Source: an uncultured delta proteobacterium (GTDB taxonomy: Bacteria > Desulfobacterota > Syntrophia > Syntrophales > Smithellaceae). Taken from it: 64,000 bases of DNA. The stretch is taken from assembly GCA_963753975.1 (NCBI GenBank), contig CAVWEH010000002.1:691375-755374 (forward strand), in the 5' to 3' direction. The first letter of the stretch is position 1. Each line of letters starts with the position of its first letter. A program made the position numbers and the translations under genes. The notes under the pieces are model-generated. The model was not told where the DNA came from, searched no databases, and was given only the letters and a program-made list of their open reading frames with translations. Of this stretch, positions 31,879-43,888 are shown one piece after another.

Positions 31879-33203
31879 ATGAAATCAGGGCAGGTCATGA
31901 TTATCGGCGGGGGCTTAGCCGGTTGTGAAGCTGCATGGCAACTCCTGCGACATGGCCATGCGGTTCGTCTTTATGAAATGAAACCGCAGAAGTATTCACC
32001 CGCCCACAAAATGGATACATCTGGCGGAACTTAGTTTGCAGCAATTCATTTAAATCCAATAGCCTCGATAATGCCACGGGATTACTCAAAGAAGAAATGC
32101 GCCGGCTCAGTTCGCTGATAATAAAGACAGCGGACGGCACGGCGGTTGCCGCAGGTTCCGCGCTGGCTGTTGATCGCACTCAATTTGCCCAAAAAGTAGA
32201 AGCACAACTCCAGCAGCAAAAGAATTTTACTCTAAGTAGAATCGAAGTTGCCAAAATCCCGGAAGATTCTCGGACGATAATTGCCACGGGTCCACTCACT
32301 TCCGATGCTCTGGCAGAAAATATTGCGCAAATACTGGGCAACTCCTATTTATACTTTTACGATGCTATAGCACCGATAGTCGAGGCGGACTCTATTAATA
32401 TGGACAAAGTTTTCTGGGCATCGCGCTATGATAAAGGCACACCTGATTATCTGAACTGCCCACTTACCGAAGATGAGTATAAACACTTCCGGCAGGAACT
32501 ACTGGATGGCAAAAAAGTTGCCATGAAATCCTTTGAAGAAATAAAACATTTTGAAGGCTGCCTGCCGATTGAAGTACTGGCCGCGCGCGGCGAAGATACC
32601 CTTGCTTTCGGCCCGATGAAGCCGGTGGGCCTGATCAATCCCAAAACTGGAGTAATGCCTCACGCTGTAGTTCAGTTGCGCCGGGAAAATACTGTAGGAT
32701 CACTCTTTAACTTGGTCGGCTTTCAGACTAAACTCACCTGGCCCCAGCAGGAGCGCATCTTCCGCCTTATTCCCGGTTTGGAAAATACTCAGTTTGCCCG
32801 GATGGGCAGCATCCATCGCAACACTTACATCAACTCCCCTGCCCTGCTGCAACCATCATTGCAATTAAAAACTAATCCCAATATTTTCTTTGCCGGTCAA
32901 ATTACCGGAGTTGAAGGTTACACGGAATCGGCAGCTATGGGACTTTTGGCCGGATTAAATGCTGCGGCTCTCATCGAAGGAAGACAATTACAGCCTCCTC
33001 CCCTGAAGACGGCGCTGGGAGCCCTTCTCCACTATATTACCTCCTCAAAATCCGCCAATTGCTTTCAGCCAATGAACATTAATTTCGGCTTATTGGAGAA
33101 ACTACCCGAAAAAAAATACAAAAAAAAAGATAAAAACATTTTGTACATTAATAATTCGCTAAAAGCCTTGAACGAATGGATTAGAACCCAGAAGTTAGAC
33201 TGA
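31879..33203 (+). CDS. trmFO: folate-dependent tRNA m5U54 methyltransferase TrmFO (two +1 frameshifts near 32015-32035)
   Basis: [22 protein letters not shown] from 31879; [37 protein letters not shown]. Confidence 0.92.
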
Positions 33204-33291
33204 TTTTTTACCTCTTTACCCGTTTACTTTTACGAGGGGCAACGTTATTTTGGATTAGTGTAAATAACATTGATGACAAGGTTTCCTTGAT

Positions 33292-34078
33292 TTAATTCTT
33301 CAGAGACAAATAAGGAAAACCGATAGAAATTATGCTGAAATTTTCTTCGCTAAAAATATTGATTCGCGGCTTATATTTATTCAAAATCAGAAAAGAAAGT
33401 AAAACGCCGCGATCAATAACAGTGCTGGACCATGTCCGGCGAACCCGAATCCATTTTTTCCATGAGAGTTTCAATATCGGCGATGGGCAATGCACCACCG
33501 GAATTCTTGATGAACACACTAACATATTTATTGTCATGTTCCGTTTTTATATAAAATTCCTTCAAATTACTCATCAGCGCCCTGGACATCGCAAACCGAA
33601 TTAATCTCCAAAAAGCCAGCGACAGATCTGCGGCAGTGCCTTTAAAACTGGGAACATCGTTATTCAGCTGTACGTCTTTCTTGATTTCGTGTTTAAAATC
33701 CAAATAAAAATTGAAAAAGCGCATTTCTTCGGCCAGTAATTGAGAAAGATTTATTCTATTTTCTTCCTTTGCATCCAACGCATAAAACTTACCGGCCACA
33801 TCTCTAAACAGGCTAAAGAACAATTCGGATTCCTGGCTCACGGCTTGAATTTCCGTCCTGATCCGCTGTAAATCTTCTTTCATCCCTGCCGCCGCCTTCG
33901 GATATCTTTCCTCCATTTTTTTTGCACTTTCTTCGATACGGCGCAAGAGCAGCTTAGAGCGCCCCATTATACTATTTAGAGGATTGGCGAAATTATGGAG
34001 AATACCGGGAATGAGTTCCTTGATAAAGGATGCCGCAAATTCTTCTTCTAAAGTTCGATAAATTTCAACTCTATCCAT
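33292..34078 (-). CDS. sensor-less HisKA-like protein with degenerate ATPase domain (frameshift near 33420)
   Basis: H-box GILHNFANPLNSIMG; IKNSGG; C-terminus continues in another frame to 33292. Confidence 0.6.
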
Positions 34079-34429
34079 TCCCGCTCCTCATTTAAAACTA
34101 CTGCAACTTCGTACGCAAAGCAAATTTAGCTTCGCGGCTAGCTTTTTTAATTTTTTATTTTCCCAGCGAACGGATTTTCCATTTATTATCCATCTAAAGT
34201 GGTGCCGAGAATTCTCGTTTGGATAGACCGAGTATAGGAAGAAGGAACTTTTGTGTCAAGATAATTAAGCAATAGATGCCAAATTACTTGACATAATATT
34301 AAATTTAATGATTAAACTGTACTGCTGTTTAGGCGGAACTTGCGGCCCTGTAAGGCTATATAATTCTATGCCATATTGAGAAATTATTATGCTCTTCAAT
34401 AAACATTATGTTCAGGAGGTATAAACATC

Positions 34430-34891
34430 ATGAAAAAAGTTTTTGTGGGTGTCGTTATTTTTATGTTTGCCGTTTTACTTTTCAGTGTTCCCGTAAAAGC
34501 TGAAAGCCCTATTATCGGAACATGGAAAACAATCGCGGATGAAGGTGTTGACAAAGGAAAGGCAAAATCCCATGTGGAGATATTTGAGAAGAATGGAACA
34601 TATTCCGCCAAGGTCATTAAACTATTGCTCAAACCCCAGGATACGCTTTGTGAAAAATGCGAAGGGGATTTAAAAAATAAACCGGTGGTCGGCATGATAT
34701 TTCTGCGAGATATGAAAAAAACCGGAAATACGGACGAGGAATTCGGCGATGAATATGCGGGTGGAACGATTATGGACCCTGATAACGGCAAAATTTACAA
34801 ATGCAAAATGTGGGTCAAGGGCGATGTTTTGACATCACGGGGATATATCGGATTCTTTTATAGAACCCAACAATGGTTTAGAATTAAATAA
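34430..34891 (+). CDS. DUF2147 family exported protein
   Basis: IGTWKTI, CEKC, GGTIMDPDNGKIYKC, RGYIGFFYRTQQW. Confidence 0.9.
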   Translation: MKKVFVGVVIFMFAVLLFSVPVKAESPIIGTWKTIADEGVDKGKAKSHVEIFEKNGTYSAKVIKLLLKPQDTLCEKCEGDLKNKPVVGMIFLRDMKKTGNTDEEFGDEYAGGTIMDPDNGKIYKCKMWVKGDVLTSRGYIGFFYRTQQWFRIK

Positions 34892-34970
34892 CTCGGTAGG
34901 AATATAGTGGTCTGTATTCGAAATATTTCACTAAAAAAAGATATTAAAAAATAAATTTAGAAAGAATAAT

Positions 34971-35001
34971 AAAAAGGGCTTTGAATAATCTTCAAAGCCC
35001 T
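34971..35001. terminator. terminator downstream of tRNA-fMet
   Basis: AGGGCTTTGAA-TAATC-TTCAAAGCCCT. Confidence 0.75.
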
Positions 35002-35009
35002 AAATTTAT

Positions 35010-35086
<77 letters not shown>

Positions 35087-35215
35087 ATACATCGCTCTTC
35101 AAAAAGAGTGGACTTTACATCATTATCTCCAATATTTGTCAAGGAGTAATTTGGGCAAAGTCTTTCCTAAGTAATGTTGCTTGCTATTCTTAAAAGAAAA
35201 TTGGGCAGAATATTG

Positions 35216-36103
35216 CTACTTCGTTATGTAGCCCATAAAACGGTAAATAAGCTTAGCTGCCATGAAGTCCGGCGCGATAATACCGGGAAGCGGTGCGAGT
35301 TCTACTGCGTCAAAACCACGAATTTTGCAGGAGCTGGAAACCAATTTCAGCAAACGTAAAACATTACTCCAATAAAGACCGCCCGGTTCCGGCGTGCCCG
35401 TAGAAGGCATTATAGAAGGATCAAAGACATCCAAATCAATACTGACATAAATATCTCCTTGCAAATCCTTACAAATTAAGTCACACGAGTCCTTATTTTC
35501 TAAAACAAAATCGGCGCTATAACTTTTAACATTGCTTTGCGATAAATATTCCGCTTCTTCGTTGCTCATGCTCCTGATACCCACTTGAATCAGAGGACAT
35601 ATTTCGGCAATTCTTCTCGCCACACAGGCATGACTGTAAGGGCTTCGCTGATAACTTTCCCGCAGATCCGCATGGGCATCAAGTTGTAATATCTTTAATC
35701 GAGGATATTTTTCTTTGACGGCCTGAACGGCACCGAGGCTTATACTGTGCTCTCCGCCGAGTATTACGGGTATTTTATTTAAAGCAACAATTTTGGCAAC
35801 TTTCTTGCGCAGAATATTAATCATGTTTTTTGGTCCGCGGGCATCAATAGCAAGCGGTGAAGTTGTATGAATACCGGCCAAATATGTTTCTTTTTTCAAC
35901 TCTTCATCGTAGAGCTCCATGTTGGTCGAAGCTTCAATTATGGCTGCGGGCCCACGGCGGCTTCCCGGTTGATAGGTAGAAGTCAGATCGTAGGGCACGG
36001 GAACGACAATAAACAAAGCATCACGAAGTGAACACTCCGGATATATACCTCCAAAATTCATAAGTCGCAATCCTCTAATTAACACTATCTCAGCCAAATC
36101 CAA
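35216..36103 (-). CDS. speB: agmatinase; start likely 36061
   Basis: GGEHSIS, DAHADLR, SHACV, SIDLDVFDPS, TGTPEPGG. Confidence 0.92.
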   Translation of the reverse strand: MDLAEIVLIRGLRLMNFGGIYPECSLRDALFIVVPVPYDLTSTYQPGSRRGPAAIIEASTNMELYDEELKKETYLAGIHTTSPLAIDARGPKNMINILRKKVAKIVALNKIPVILGGEHSISLGAVQAVKEKYPRLKILQLDAHADLRESYQRSPYSHACVARRIAEICPLIQVGIRSMSNEEAEYLSQSNVKSYSADFVLENKDSCDLICKDLQGDIYVSIDLDVFDPSIMPSTGTPEPGGLYWSNVLRLLKLVSSSCKIRGFDAVELAPLPGIIAPDFMAAKLIYRFMGYITK

Positions 36104-36215
36104 AAACGGGAAAAACTTTAATATCGGTATTCATCACTCTAAGAGAGCAGGTTTCCTAGCATATAGCAGTAAATCTGTCCAGTTTTTCATAGATACCAGT
36201 TAAGTATTTATTTTG

Positions 36216-37031
36216 TTAATATTCATAACAGACGATATAAAAGAAGATTTTAACTACCTGCGGCCGGTAATAGCTCAGAAAAAATTTGTTGTTTTCATAG
36301 TAAAGAAATGAAAAGTGTCTGATCCAGTCGCCTAACGCAACAAAAGTTTTCTTCTTTTCCGCAACAATACACTGACGCAAAACAGGTCTGTGGGAATGAC
36401 CGAGGATAACCGCATCATAATCCTCTCCAAATTTGGTTTTAGCAAAAGAAAACATTTTTTCGACCAGTGCATCGCCATTTTCTATGGTCATCTCTTTGCT
36501 GACTGCGGAACTAAAGCCGGCTATCGCCCAACGAATCGATGCGGGAATATAATGTTGAAAACGATAAAATACGCGACTGCGCAATATTTTCCGCAGAAAC
36601 ATATATTTAATATTGGTCTTATCGATTGTATCGCCATGAGCAACCAAAGCCCACAAGTTATCCAGTTTTACTCTCTCCCATTCATCAAACACTTCTATTC
36701 CTAAAATATTTTTAAAATATTCTCCCATAAAAAAATCATGGTTTCCTTCGCCCAAATGAATGCTGATGCCGGTTTTCTGCAATTCAATTAATTTATCGAT
36801 AATCAATTTGAATTCGGGATAAATTTTTTCTCTCCGGCAAAACCAAAAATCAAACAAGTCACCGACGATATAAAGAGCATCGATAGCTGTTTTTTCTTTG
36901 CCTAATTCATCCGAATTAACAAGAGATCTAGCCCTTCCTTCCTTAAGGTCATTTAAGAAATTAATCAACCGGCCATATCTTTCATCGCTGACTCGTTTTA
37001 AATGGGCGTCGGATATAAAAATGGCTTTCAT
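36216..37031 (-). CDS. lpxH: UDP-2,3-diacylglucosamine hydrolase (LpxH-like)
   Basis: FISDAHL, GDLFDFW, GNHDF, HGD, GHSHRP, LGDW. Confidence 0.85.
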   Translation of the reverse strand: MKAIFISDAHLKRVSDERYGRLINFLNDLKEGRARSLVNSDELGKEKTAIDALYIVGDLFDFWFCRREKIYPEFKLIIDKLIELQKTGISIHLGEGNHDFFMGEYFKNILGIEVFDEWERVKLDNLWALVAHGDTIDKTNIKYMFLRKILRSRVFYRFQHYIPASIRWAIAGFSSAVSKEMTIENGDALVEKMFSFAKTKFGEDYDAVILGHSHRPVLRQCIVAEKKKTFVALGDWIRHFSFLYYENNKFFLSYYRPQVVKIFFYIVCYEY

Positions 37032-37269
37032 CTTTTTGTCTCTTCAGTTTAATGCCTTTATCCTTTAGCAGAAAACCGCCTCTAAGGTCAATATGCACAT
37101 TGGCTTAAATGTTCGTGAAACGAATCTTGCAAAAATCTAGTCAAACTTATAAAAAAGATTCTCCCCAGAGATCAAGTAAATGATTCTTGTTTTGTTCGGT
37201 ATTTTTTGCTAGTTTCTTTAAAGGTTATCAAAAACATGAAATTAGCGAATACATTCTTAGGATAAATAT

Positions 37270-38266
37270 ATGACTCCAAATCGAGAAACAATCAAGCGCG
37301 CCAAGGAAGTATTAAAAATAGAAGCGCAGAGTATTTTGAACTTGACTGAAAAAATCGATATCAACTTTTCCCGTGCCGTGGATTTAATTTATGTCTCCAA
37401 GGGCAGGGTAATCATTACCGGAATTGGTAAATCCGGTTTGATTGGACGAAAAATCGTCGCTACTTTAACAAGTACGGGAACACAAGCGCTTTTTTTACAT
37501 CCTGTTGAGGGCATCCACGGCGATTTAGGCATTGTTACCAAAGAAGACATTCTGCTGGCTATATCTAATAGCGGTGAAACCCACTGAGCTCATGCCGGTT
37601 ATCAACTCCGTCCGTCATATCGGCACTACCGTCATAGCCTTTACCGGCGATATGTCATCAACCTTGGCTCGAGCAAGCGATATAGTCATTGATGTTTCCG
37701 TGGAAAAAGAAGCCTGCCCTTTTGGCCTTACTCCTACTTCCAGCTCTACTGCTGCCCTGGCCATGGGTGACGCTTTAGCTATAGCTCTTATTGATAAAAG
37801 GCAATTTAAAGAGAAAGACTTTTATAAGTTTCATCCGGGCGGAAGCCTTGGCGCAAGATTAAAAGAAACAGTCGGAGAGGTTATGATTACAGGGAAAAAA
37901 ATCCCGCAAGTACTCTCTGGAGCATCTGCCCAGAAGGCGATACAAGAAATCGACCGGAAAAATGTGGGGTTCGTCCTGATAACCGATAAAAAAAACAAGC
38001 TCCGGGGAATTTTAACTGACGGTGATCTACGCCGCATAATTGGTAAAGGTATTTCTTTAGAGGGAAAAATTATTGATGATTTCATGACGCGCAATCCCCA
38101 GACAATAAGCGAAAACGTGTCGCTGGCGCAAACTATGGAATTTATGCAAAAGCAAGAAATTACCACATTCGCCGTAGTTAACGAAAAAAAGGAACTCCAA
38201 GGATATATCCATCTGCATGATATTTTAGGCCGTGGCGGATCGGTTAATATTTCTCTTACTTATTAG
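37270..38266 (+). CDS. kdsD: arabinose-5-phosphate isomerase KdsD/KpsF (SIS plus CBS; +1 frameshift near 37580)
   Basis: GIGKSG, HGDLG, SNSGET, KEACP, PTSSST, FHPGGSLG. Confidence 0.9.
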
Positions 38267-38287
38267 TTTTAGGGAAAGATAGAAACT

Positions 38288-38816
38288 ATGGCGCTTTATG
38301 AATTTGATGGTAAAAGACCTCAGGTACCGCCGGATTCATTTGTCCATCCTAACGCTGTCTCTGATTGGTGATGTAAAAATCGGTCATGAATGCTTAATCG
38401 CCCCCGGTGTTTCTATCCGTGCAGATTTTGGACCGATCACAATAGGAAATCATTCCAGCATTCAGGATAATGCCGTCATTCACGTTTTTCCTGACTCTGT
38501 TGTTACTATCGGTGAAGATGTCACCATCGCCCACGGGGTCATGCTTCATGACGCGCAAATTAAATCACGCTGCGTAATCGGCATGGGTGCTATTGTTCTC
38601 TTCAATGTTATATGCGAGGAAGATGTTTTTGTGGCGGTGGGTTCGCTGATACCTAAAGGCATGCACATTCCCGCCGGTAAAAATGTTTCCGGTAATCCGG
38701 CTGAAGTTACTCATGATGTCACCGAAAATCAAAAAATAATGGCTAAAGCCGGCATTGATTATTATCGCGGACTTTGTAAAAAATACCTTACCACCATGAA
38801 AACGGTTGTTTATTGA
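38288..38816 (+). CDS. gamma carbonic anhydrase-like protein (+1 frameshift near 38360)
   Basis: MALYEFDGKRPQV...HPNAV from 38288 joins LIGDV...IQDNAVIH...HGVMLH. Confidence 0.85.
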
Positions 38817-38865
38817 TCTAATAACGAGTATTTTTTTGCTAATATTTCTCTCTTAGTCAGCCAAT

Positions 38866-38898
38866 AAAAAAGGGCTTATGACTAACCATAAGCCCTTT
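38866..38898. terminator. terminator between gamma-CA and tRNA-Val
   Basis: AAAGGGCTTATG-ACTAAC-CATAAGCCCTTT. Confidence 0.8.
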
Positions 38899-38907
38899 GC
38901 TGTCGAA

Positions 38908-38982
38908 TGGTAGGCGGTACTGGGATTGAACCAGTGACTTCTACCGTGTGAAGGTAGCACTCTCCCGCTGAGTTAACCGCCC
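38908..38982 (-). tRNA. tRNA-Val(CAC)
   Basis: GGGCGGTTAACTCAGCGGGAGAGTG...TT-CAC-AC...CTACCA, 75 nt. Confidence 0.96.
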
Positions 38983-39093
38983 AAGTGCCGTCTGCTATAG
39001 CTTAAACCATCTTTCATTTCAAGGGAAAAAGTGTTTTCGTTAAGCAAACAGAAAATAATTCTAACATGAAATTAATTTTGTATACTGAATACA

Positions 39094-39901
39094 TTAGGAA
39101 TTAGCTTTAACCAAATCCTGATAATACTTCACCCTGCGATCAGCAAAGATATCATTATAGTTATTTATTTTTTTGTTCCTGGCCATTTGCACATCAATTT
39201 CTACGATGCCTAGTTTCATCATTTTGGCCATCGGCACGATACAAGATGTGTGCGTCCGGAGACGTTATCTGGCTTTTGCCGGTGTAAGATAAATTTTTGC
39301 CGCTTCTTTCTTCACGACCGGTGCGATTGGCAGTTACAGCATAAACCTTGTTTTCCAAGCATCGGGTAACCATGGCCTCCTGACAATAGGGAAGAACAAG
39401 ATTAGACGGATGACAGATAATATCAGCGCCTTTTAAAGATAATATTCTTGCGGACTCCGGGAAAAACCAGTCGAAGCAGATCATGATTCCGACCTTACAT
39501 TGACCGATATCATAGACCGCAAAAGATTCATTGCCCGGCTGAAACCAAAGTTTTTCTTCATTAAAAAGATGAATTTTGCGGTAAGTCGCCATATAACCTT
39601 TAGGTGAAATCAAAACAGCGGAATTATATAAATTCTCACCTGCGCTCTCGGCAATTCCGGCCACAATATGAATTTTTTTCTTTCGGGCTATCGAAGATAA
39701 AGCTTTTATTGTTTTTCCCGCGGGAATTTCTTCGGCCATTTCCAGGGCTTCGTCTCTGGACGCAAAAAGATAACCGGTATTAAACAGCTCCGGTAAAACA
39801 ATCAGCTCGGCATCGGCTTTTTCCAACATTGCTAATGCTTTATCAATGTTTGCATCAACCTTGCCGAATTGCGGCGAAAACTGAATAAAACCTGCCCTCA
39901 T
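39094..39901 (-). CDS. carbon-nitrogen hydrolase (nitrilase superfamily; frameshift near 39210)
   Basis: LPELF, YRKIHL, ICFDWFFPE triad; other frame continues GIVEID...NDIFADRRVKYY to 39094. Confidence 0.88.
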
Positions 39902-40012
39902 CTTCTCCCCTCTTAAGATTTAGATTTAGAGGTTACATTTCTGAATGACGTTTCTGTCAAGATGATTTATTTAGATTGTGGGGAAACAATGAAAAAAACT
40001 TTTCGCCGTCAA

Positions 40013-40050
40013 TCCCTCCGTCATCCCGCAACTAAAAGGATGACGGAAAG
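40013..40050 (-). terminator. hairpin downstream of thiolase
   Basis: TCCGTCATCC-N10-GGATGACGGA. Confidence 0.6.
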
Positions 40051-40096
40051 ATTGAACGAAGTTATAGCTTGACGCTAGAAGGGGCGATTTTCTTAA

Positions 40097-41284
40097 TTAA
40101 AGCATTTCATATATACCGGCAGCTCCCATTCCACCGCCGATGCACATGCTGACTATACAACGCTTGGCGTTTCGACGCTTTGCTTCGTGTAGTATTTGTG
40201 CTGTCAACTTGGCGCCGGTGCAACCCAGCGGGTGACCTAAAGCGATGGCGCCACCGTTCGGATTGATATCACCCTTCCAATATCTTTCTTCCAAACCAAG
40301 TTTGCGACAGCAATAGATAGCCTGAGAGGCAAAAGCTTCATTGATTTCGAAAAGGTCAATATCATTAGTGGTCAGTCCGGCCAGTTTCAGGACTTTTGGT
40401 ATTGCTACCGACGGGCCAACGCCCATCTCTTCCGGCTTACATCCGGCCACCGCATAATAAGTTAGTTTGGCTATCGGCTTCATTCCGAGCTCATTTGCTT
40501 TATCAGCACTCATCACTAGAGCAAAAGCGGCACCGTCCGTCATCTGCGAAGAATTCCCCGCAGTGGATGATCCTCCCGCTTTAAAGGGCGATTTTAATTT
40601 AACCATGTCCTCCAATTTTGCCGGCCATCTCACACCGTCATCCGTATCGAAAACAACCTTTTCCCTGATTCGCTTGCCGTTTTTCACTTTGTATTTATAG
40701 GCTTGGATGGGAATGATTTCTTCCTTAAATTTACCCGCTTTAATCGCTTCGTATGCCCGGCGATTACTCTCCAGACCGAATTTATCCAAATCCTCTCTGG
40801 AAACTTTGTAGTTGGCAGCAACGTTTTCCGCGGTTATCCCCATGGAAACGTAAGCATAAGGTTTATCCCATGGATAGTCCGGCATAGGTCGCATGGATGA
40901 ACCACCCATAGGAATATGAGACATTGTCTCGCAACCCCCGGCAATAATAACATCAGACCAGCCCGCCCTGATCTTTGCCGTGGCGTCAGCGATGGCCTGC
41001 AAACCCGATGAACAGAAACGATTGACGGTCATACCGCTGGTGTTTTCGGGTAATCCTGCTCCCAGCGCTATAATTTTCCCCAAATTCATTCCCGTTTCGT
41101 GTTCCGGGAAGGCGCATCCTACAATCAAGTCATCTACGTCTTCTGGTTTGACCTTAGGCACTCTCGCCAATAAGCCTTTAATCACTTGAATTGCATATTC
41201 ATCAGCCCGGGTAGAGGCCAATCCGCCTCTTCTATATCTTGCTCCGGGACTTCTTACGGATTCTACAATTACGGCATCACGCAT
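40097..41284 (-). CDS. fadA: acetyl-CoA C-acyltransferase (thiolase)
   Basis: NRFCSSG, NEAFA, GHPLG, CIGGGMG; AGGAGG RBS before MRDAV at 41284. Confidence 0.95.
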   Translation of the reverse strand: MRDAVIVESVRSPGARYRRGGLASTRADEYAIQVIKGLLARVPKVKPEDVDDLIVGCAFPEHETGMNLGKIIALGAGLPENTSGMTVNRFCSSGLQAIADATAKIRAGWSDVIIAGGCETMSHIPMGGSSMRPMPDYPWDKPYAYVSMGITAENVAANYKVSREDLDKFGLESNRRAYEAIKAGKFKEEIIPIQAYKYKVKNGKRIREKVVFDTDDGVRWPAKLEDMVKLKSPFKAGGSSTAGNSSQMTDGAAFALVMSADKANELGMKPIAKLTYYAVAGCKPEEMGVGPSVAIPKVLKLAGLTTNDIDLFEINEAFASQAIYCCRKLGLEERYWKGDINPNGGAIALGHPLGCTGAKLTAQILHEAKRRNAKRCIVSMCIGGGMGAAGIYEML

Positions 41285-41375
41285 GATATTCCTCCTTAAA
41301 AAATATATGTCTGTTTTTAAACAGTGGCCAATGAAGTATAAAAAGTACATTTACCACTGATAGTTCAATGCTCAC

Positions 41376-43793
41376 TTAATTGCGCAGTGGTTTCCCCGTA
41401 TTGAGCATATGTACGATTCTTTCGTGAGTTTTAGCTTCGCCCAAAAGACTGATAAACGCTTCTTTTTCCAGATCAAGGATTTCCTGTTCGGATACCCACG
41501 TTCCTTCGGCACAATCGCCTCCGGAAATGATATAAGCGACCTTTCTCGAAACATGCACGTCATAATCGGATACGAAATTACCCTGGCGCATATTGTAAAG
41601 CGCAGCGTCAATGATCCCGCGGAAATTCTCGCCCATGACGGGAATCATCGCCGGTCTGGGTTTTTTATAGAATTTGGCCAGACCCAAGACAACCTGCTTG
41701 GCATCCCAGATATGCTGATCTCGGCTCAAACTGATTGAGTCCGTTTTGCGGATATAACCCAACTCCATGGCATCGGCGGCGCTTGTGGATACCTTGGCCA
41801 TGGCAATATTCTGGAAGACCTTGGCATATATCTGTTGGAGATTCATGCCGTCTTCTACCGCACCGTCGGGAATGCCTTCTGTACAGCGAACCATTAATTC
41901 CTTGACGCCGCCACCCGCTGGAATAAGGCCGACACCAACTTCCACCAGACCGATGTAGGTTTCACCATGGGGCTGGCATCTGGCACCGTGAATGGCCATT
42001 TCACATCCACCCCCTAACGCCATTCCGGCGGGGGCCGTAACAACCGGTTTCGTAAGATATTTCATCTTCATATTGGCGTTCTGCAGCGCCTCGATAGCCT
42101 GCCCTATAAGATCCCACTGCTTTTTCTGCGCAGCATCGAGGGCAATGAGAATATTGGCCCCCACGGAGAAATTCGTGGCGTGGTTGGCAACTACCATACC
42201 GACGAAATCTTTTTCCACGATATCACAACTTTCAACAAGCATGTTCGTAAGGTTCTCTTCGATAGCATTCATCTTCGTGTGAAATTCCAGACAGCAAACG
42301 CCGTCGCCAATATCTACCAGTGTAGCGGCAGAATTACTCTTCACAATCTTTTTTCGCTCTTTGAGAGAAGGAAGCAAAATAATCTTCGGATTCTCTTCTA
42401 TCTTGACATAGCCCTTTTTGGCGAAGTTATAGTAATACATACCGTCTTTCTTTTTTACATAGAAAGATTTATGCCCGGCTTTGAGCATATCCTCAATTTT
42501 CTTGGGGACTTTGAGCTTCATTTTTTTCATAACTTGGACGGCTTCTTTGACTCCTACGGCGTCCCATGTTTCAAACGGACCAAGTTGATGATTGTAACCC
42601 CATTTCATGGCATTATCGATGCCGATGATGGTGTCGCTTATTTCCGGAACACGATTGGCGGCGTAAATGAAATTATTACAGAGGTATTCACGCGCAACTT
42701 CCGCGGCCACATCCGTGCCGTTGAATAATACTTTGAGCTTATCGGCAAAGCCGCCTGCCGTTTTTTTCGCGGCCTCTATGGATTCAAATTTTGGTTTGGT
42801 CGGAATGACATATTGCATTGTCTTATAATCGAGAACCAACTTTACCTTTTTTCCTTTTTCATCCTTGGTTCTTTTGTAGTAACCCTGGCCAGTCTTATTG
42901 CCCAGCCATTTATTTTCAATCATCTTCAGGGTAATTTCATTAGGTTTGAAATAATCTCTCATTTCGTCATCCGGCACCCCGTCATAAAGGTTTTTACTGA
43001 CATGAAAACCGGTATCCAGTCCGACCAGGTCTATCGTGCCAAAAACAGCGGAACCGGGCCTCCCGAGAGGCTTGCTTATAATGGCATCGAGTTCTTCGAT
43101 TTTAAGGCCTTTGCTGAACATCACATGAGCAGCGTTGGACATATCGAAACTGCCGATGCGGTTGCCGATAAAGTTCGGCCTGTCTTTACAAACAACAACC
43201 CCTTTCCCCAAAACGCTTTCACAGAATTTTACCATATAATCAACGACAGCTTTTTTCGTTTTTTCACCGGGGATAATTTCGAGCAGTTTCATGTAGCGCG
43301 GTGGATTAAAGAAATGCATTCCTAAAAAGCGCTCTTTCAATTTCGGGCTAAAATTGGCGGATATATCCTTAATGGGAATTCCCGATGTATTTGTTGTCAC
43401 AATACAGGTATCTTTCACGATTTTTTCGACCTTGGCAAAAAGATCCTGCTTGATTTTTAAATTCTCAATAACGACTTCGATGACCAGATCGACATCGGCA
43501 AGCCAATTTAAATTATCTTCAAAATTGCCGGTTTTAATCATTGATGCATTTTTTTTGGTATAAAACGCCGACGGTTTGGATTTAAGCGCTCCGGCCAATC
43601 CGTTTTCGGCGAACCGGTTGCGCCACGCCCGGCTTTTCTCGGTGAGCCCTTTCTTCTTATCCGTTTCCGTCAACTCGAAAGGAATGATATCCAAAAGAAA
43701 ACATTCGATACCGGCATTGGTTAAATGAGCGGCGATGGTCGCGCCCATAACTCCCGCTCCTAAAACAGCTACTTTCTTAATCTCATCTGACAT
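41376..43793 (-). CDS. fadN: 3-hydroxyacyl-CoA dehydrogenase / enoyl-CoA hydratase (FadN type)
   Basis: GAGVMG, HFFNPPRY, ALGGGCE, GLVEVGVG, TGKPLRN end. Confidence 0.92.
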   Translation of the reverse strand: MSDEIKKVAVLGAGVMGATIAAHLTNAGIECFLLDIIPFELTETDKKKGLTEKSRAWRNRFAENGLAGALKSKPSAFYTKKNASMIKTGNFEDNLNWLADVDLVIEVVIENLKIKQDLFAKVEKIVKDTCIVTTNTSGIPIKDISANFSPKLKERFLGMHFFNPPRYMKLLEIIPGEKTKKAVVDYMVKFCESVLGKGVVVCKDRPNFIGNRIGSFDMSNAAHVMFSKGLKIEELDAIISKPLGRPGSAVFGTIDLVGLDTGFHVSKNLYDGVPDDEMRDYFKPNEITLKMIENKWLGNKTGQGYYKRTKDEKGKKVKLVLDYKTMQYVIPTKPKFESIEAAKKTAGGFADKLKVLFNGTDVAAEVAREYLCNNFIYAANRVPEISDTIIGIDNAMKWGYNHQLGPFETWDAVGVKEAVQVMKKMKLKVPKKIEDMLKAGHKSFYVKKKDGMYYYNFAKKGYVKIEENPKIILLPSLKERKKIVKSNSAATLVDIGDGVCCLEFHTKMNAIEENLTNMLVESCDIVEKDFVGMVVANHATNFSVGANILIALDAAQKKQWDLIGQAIEALQNANMKMKYLTKPVVTAPAGMALGGGCEMAIHGARCQPHGETYIGLVEVGVGLIPAGGGVKELMVRCTEGIPDGAVEDGMNLQQIYAKVFQNIAMAKVSTSAADAMELGYIRKTDSISLSRDQHIWDAKQVVLGLAKFYKKPRPAMIPVMGENFRGIIDAALYNMRQGNFVSDYDVHVSRKVAYIISGGDCAEGTWVSEQEILDLEKEAFISLLGEAKTHERIVHMLNTGKPLRN

Positions 43794-43888
43794 GATTTTC
43801 CTCCTTCGCCTTTCTTGAAATAGCCGTCATCGGTTTAAGGGACGGCTTATAAATGGCGGTTTTAAAAGTTTATGGCCTCTCAATTTAA

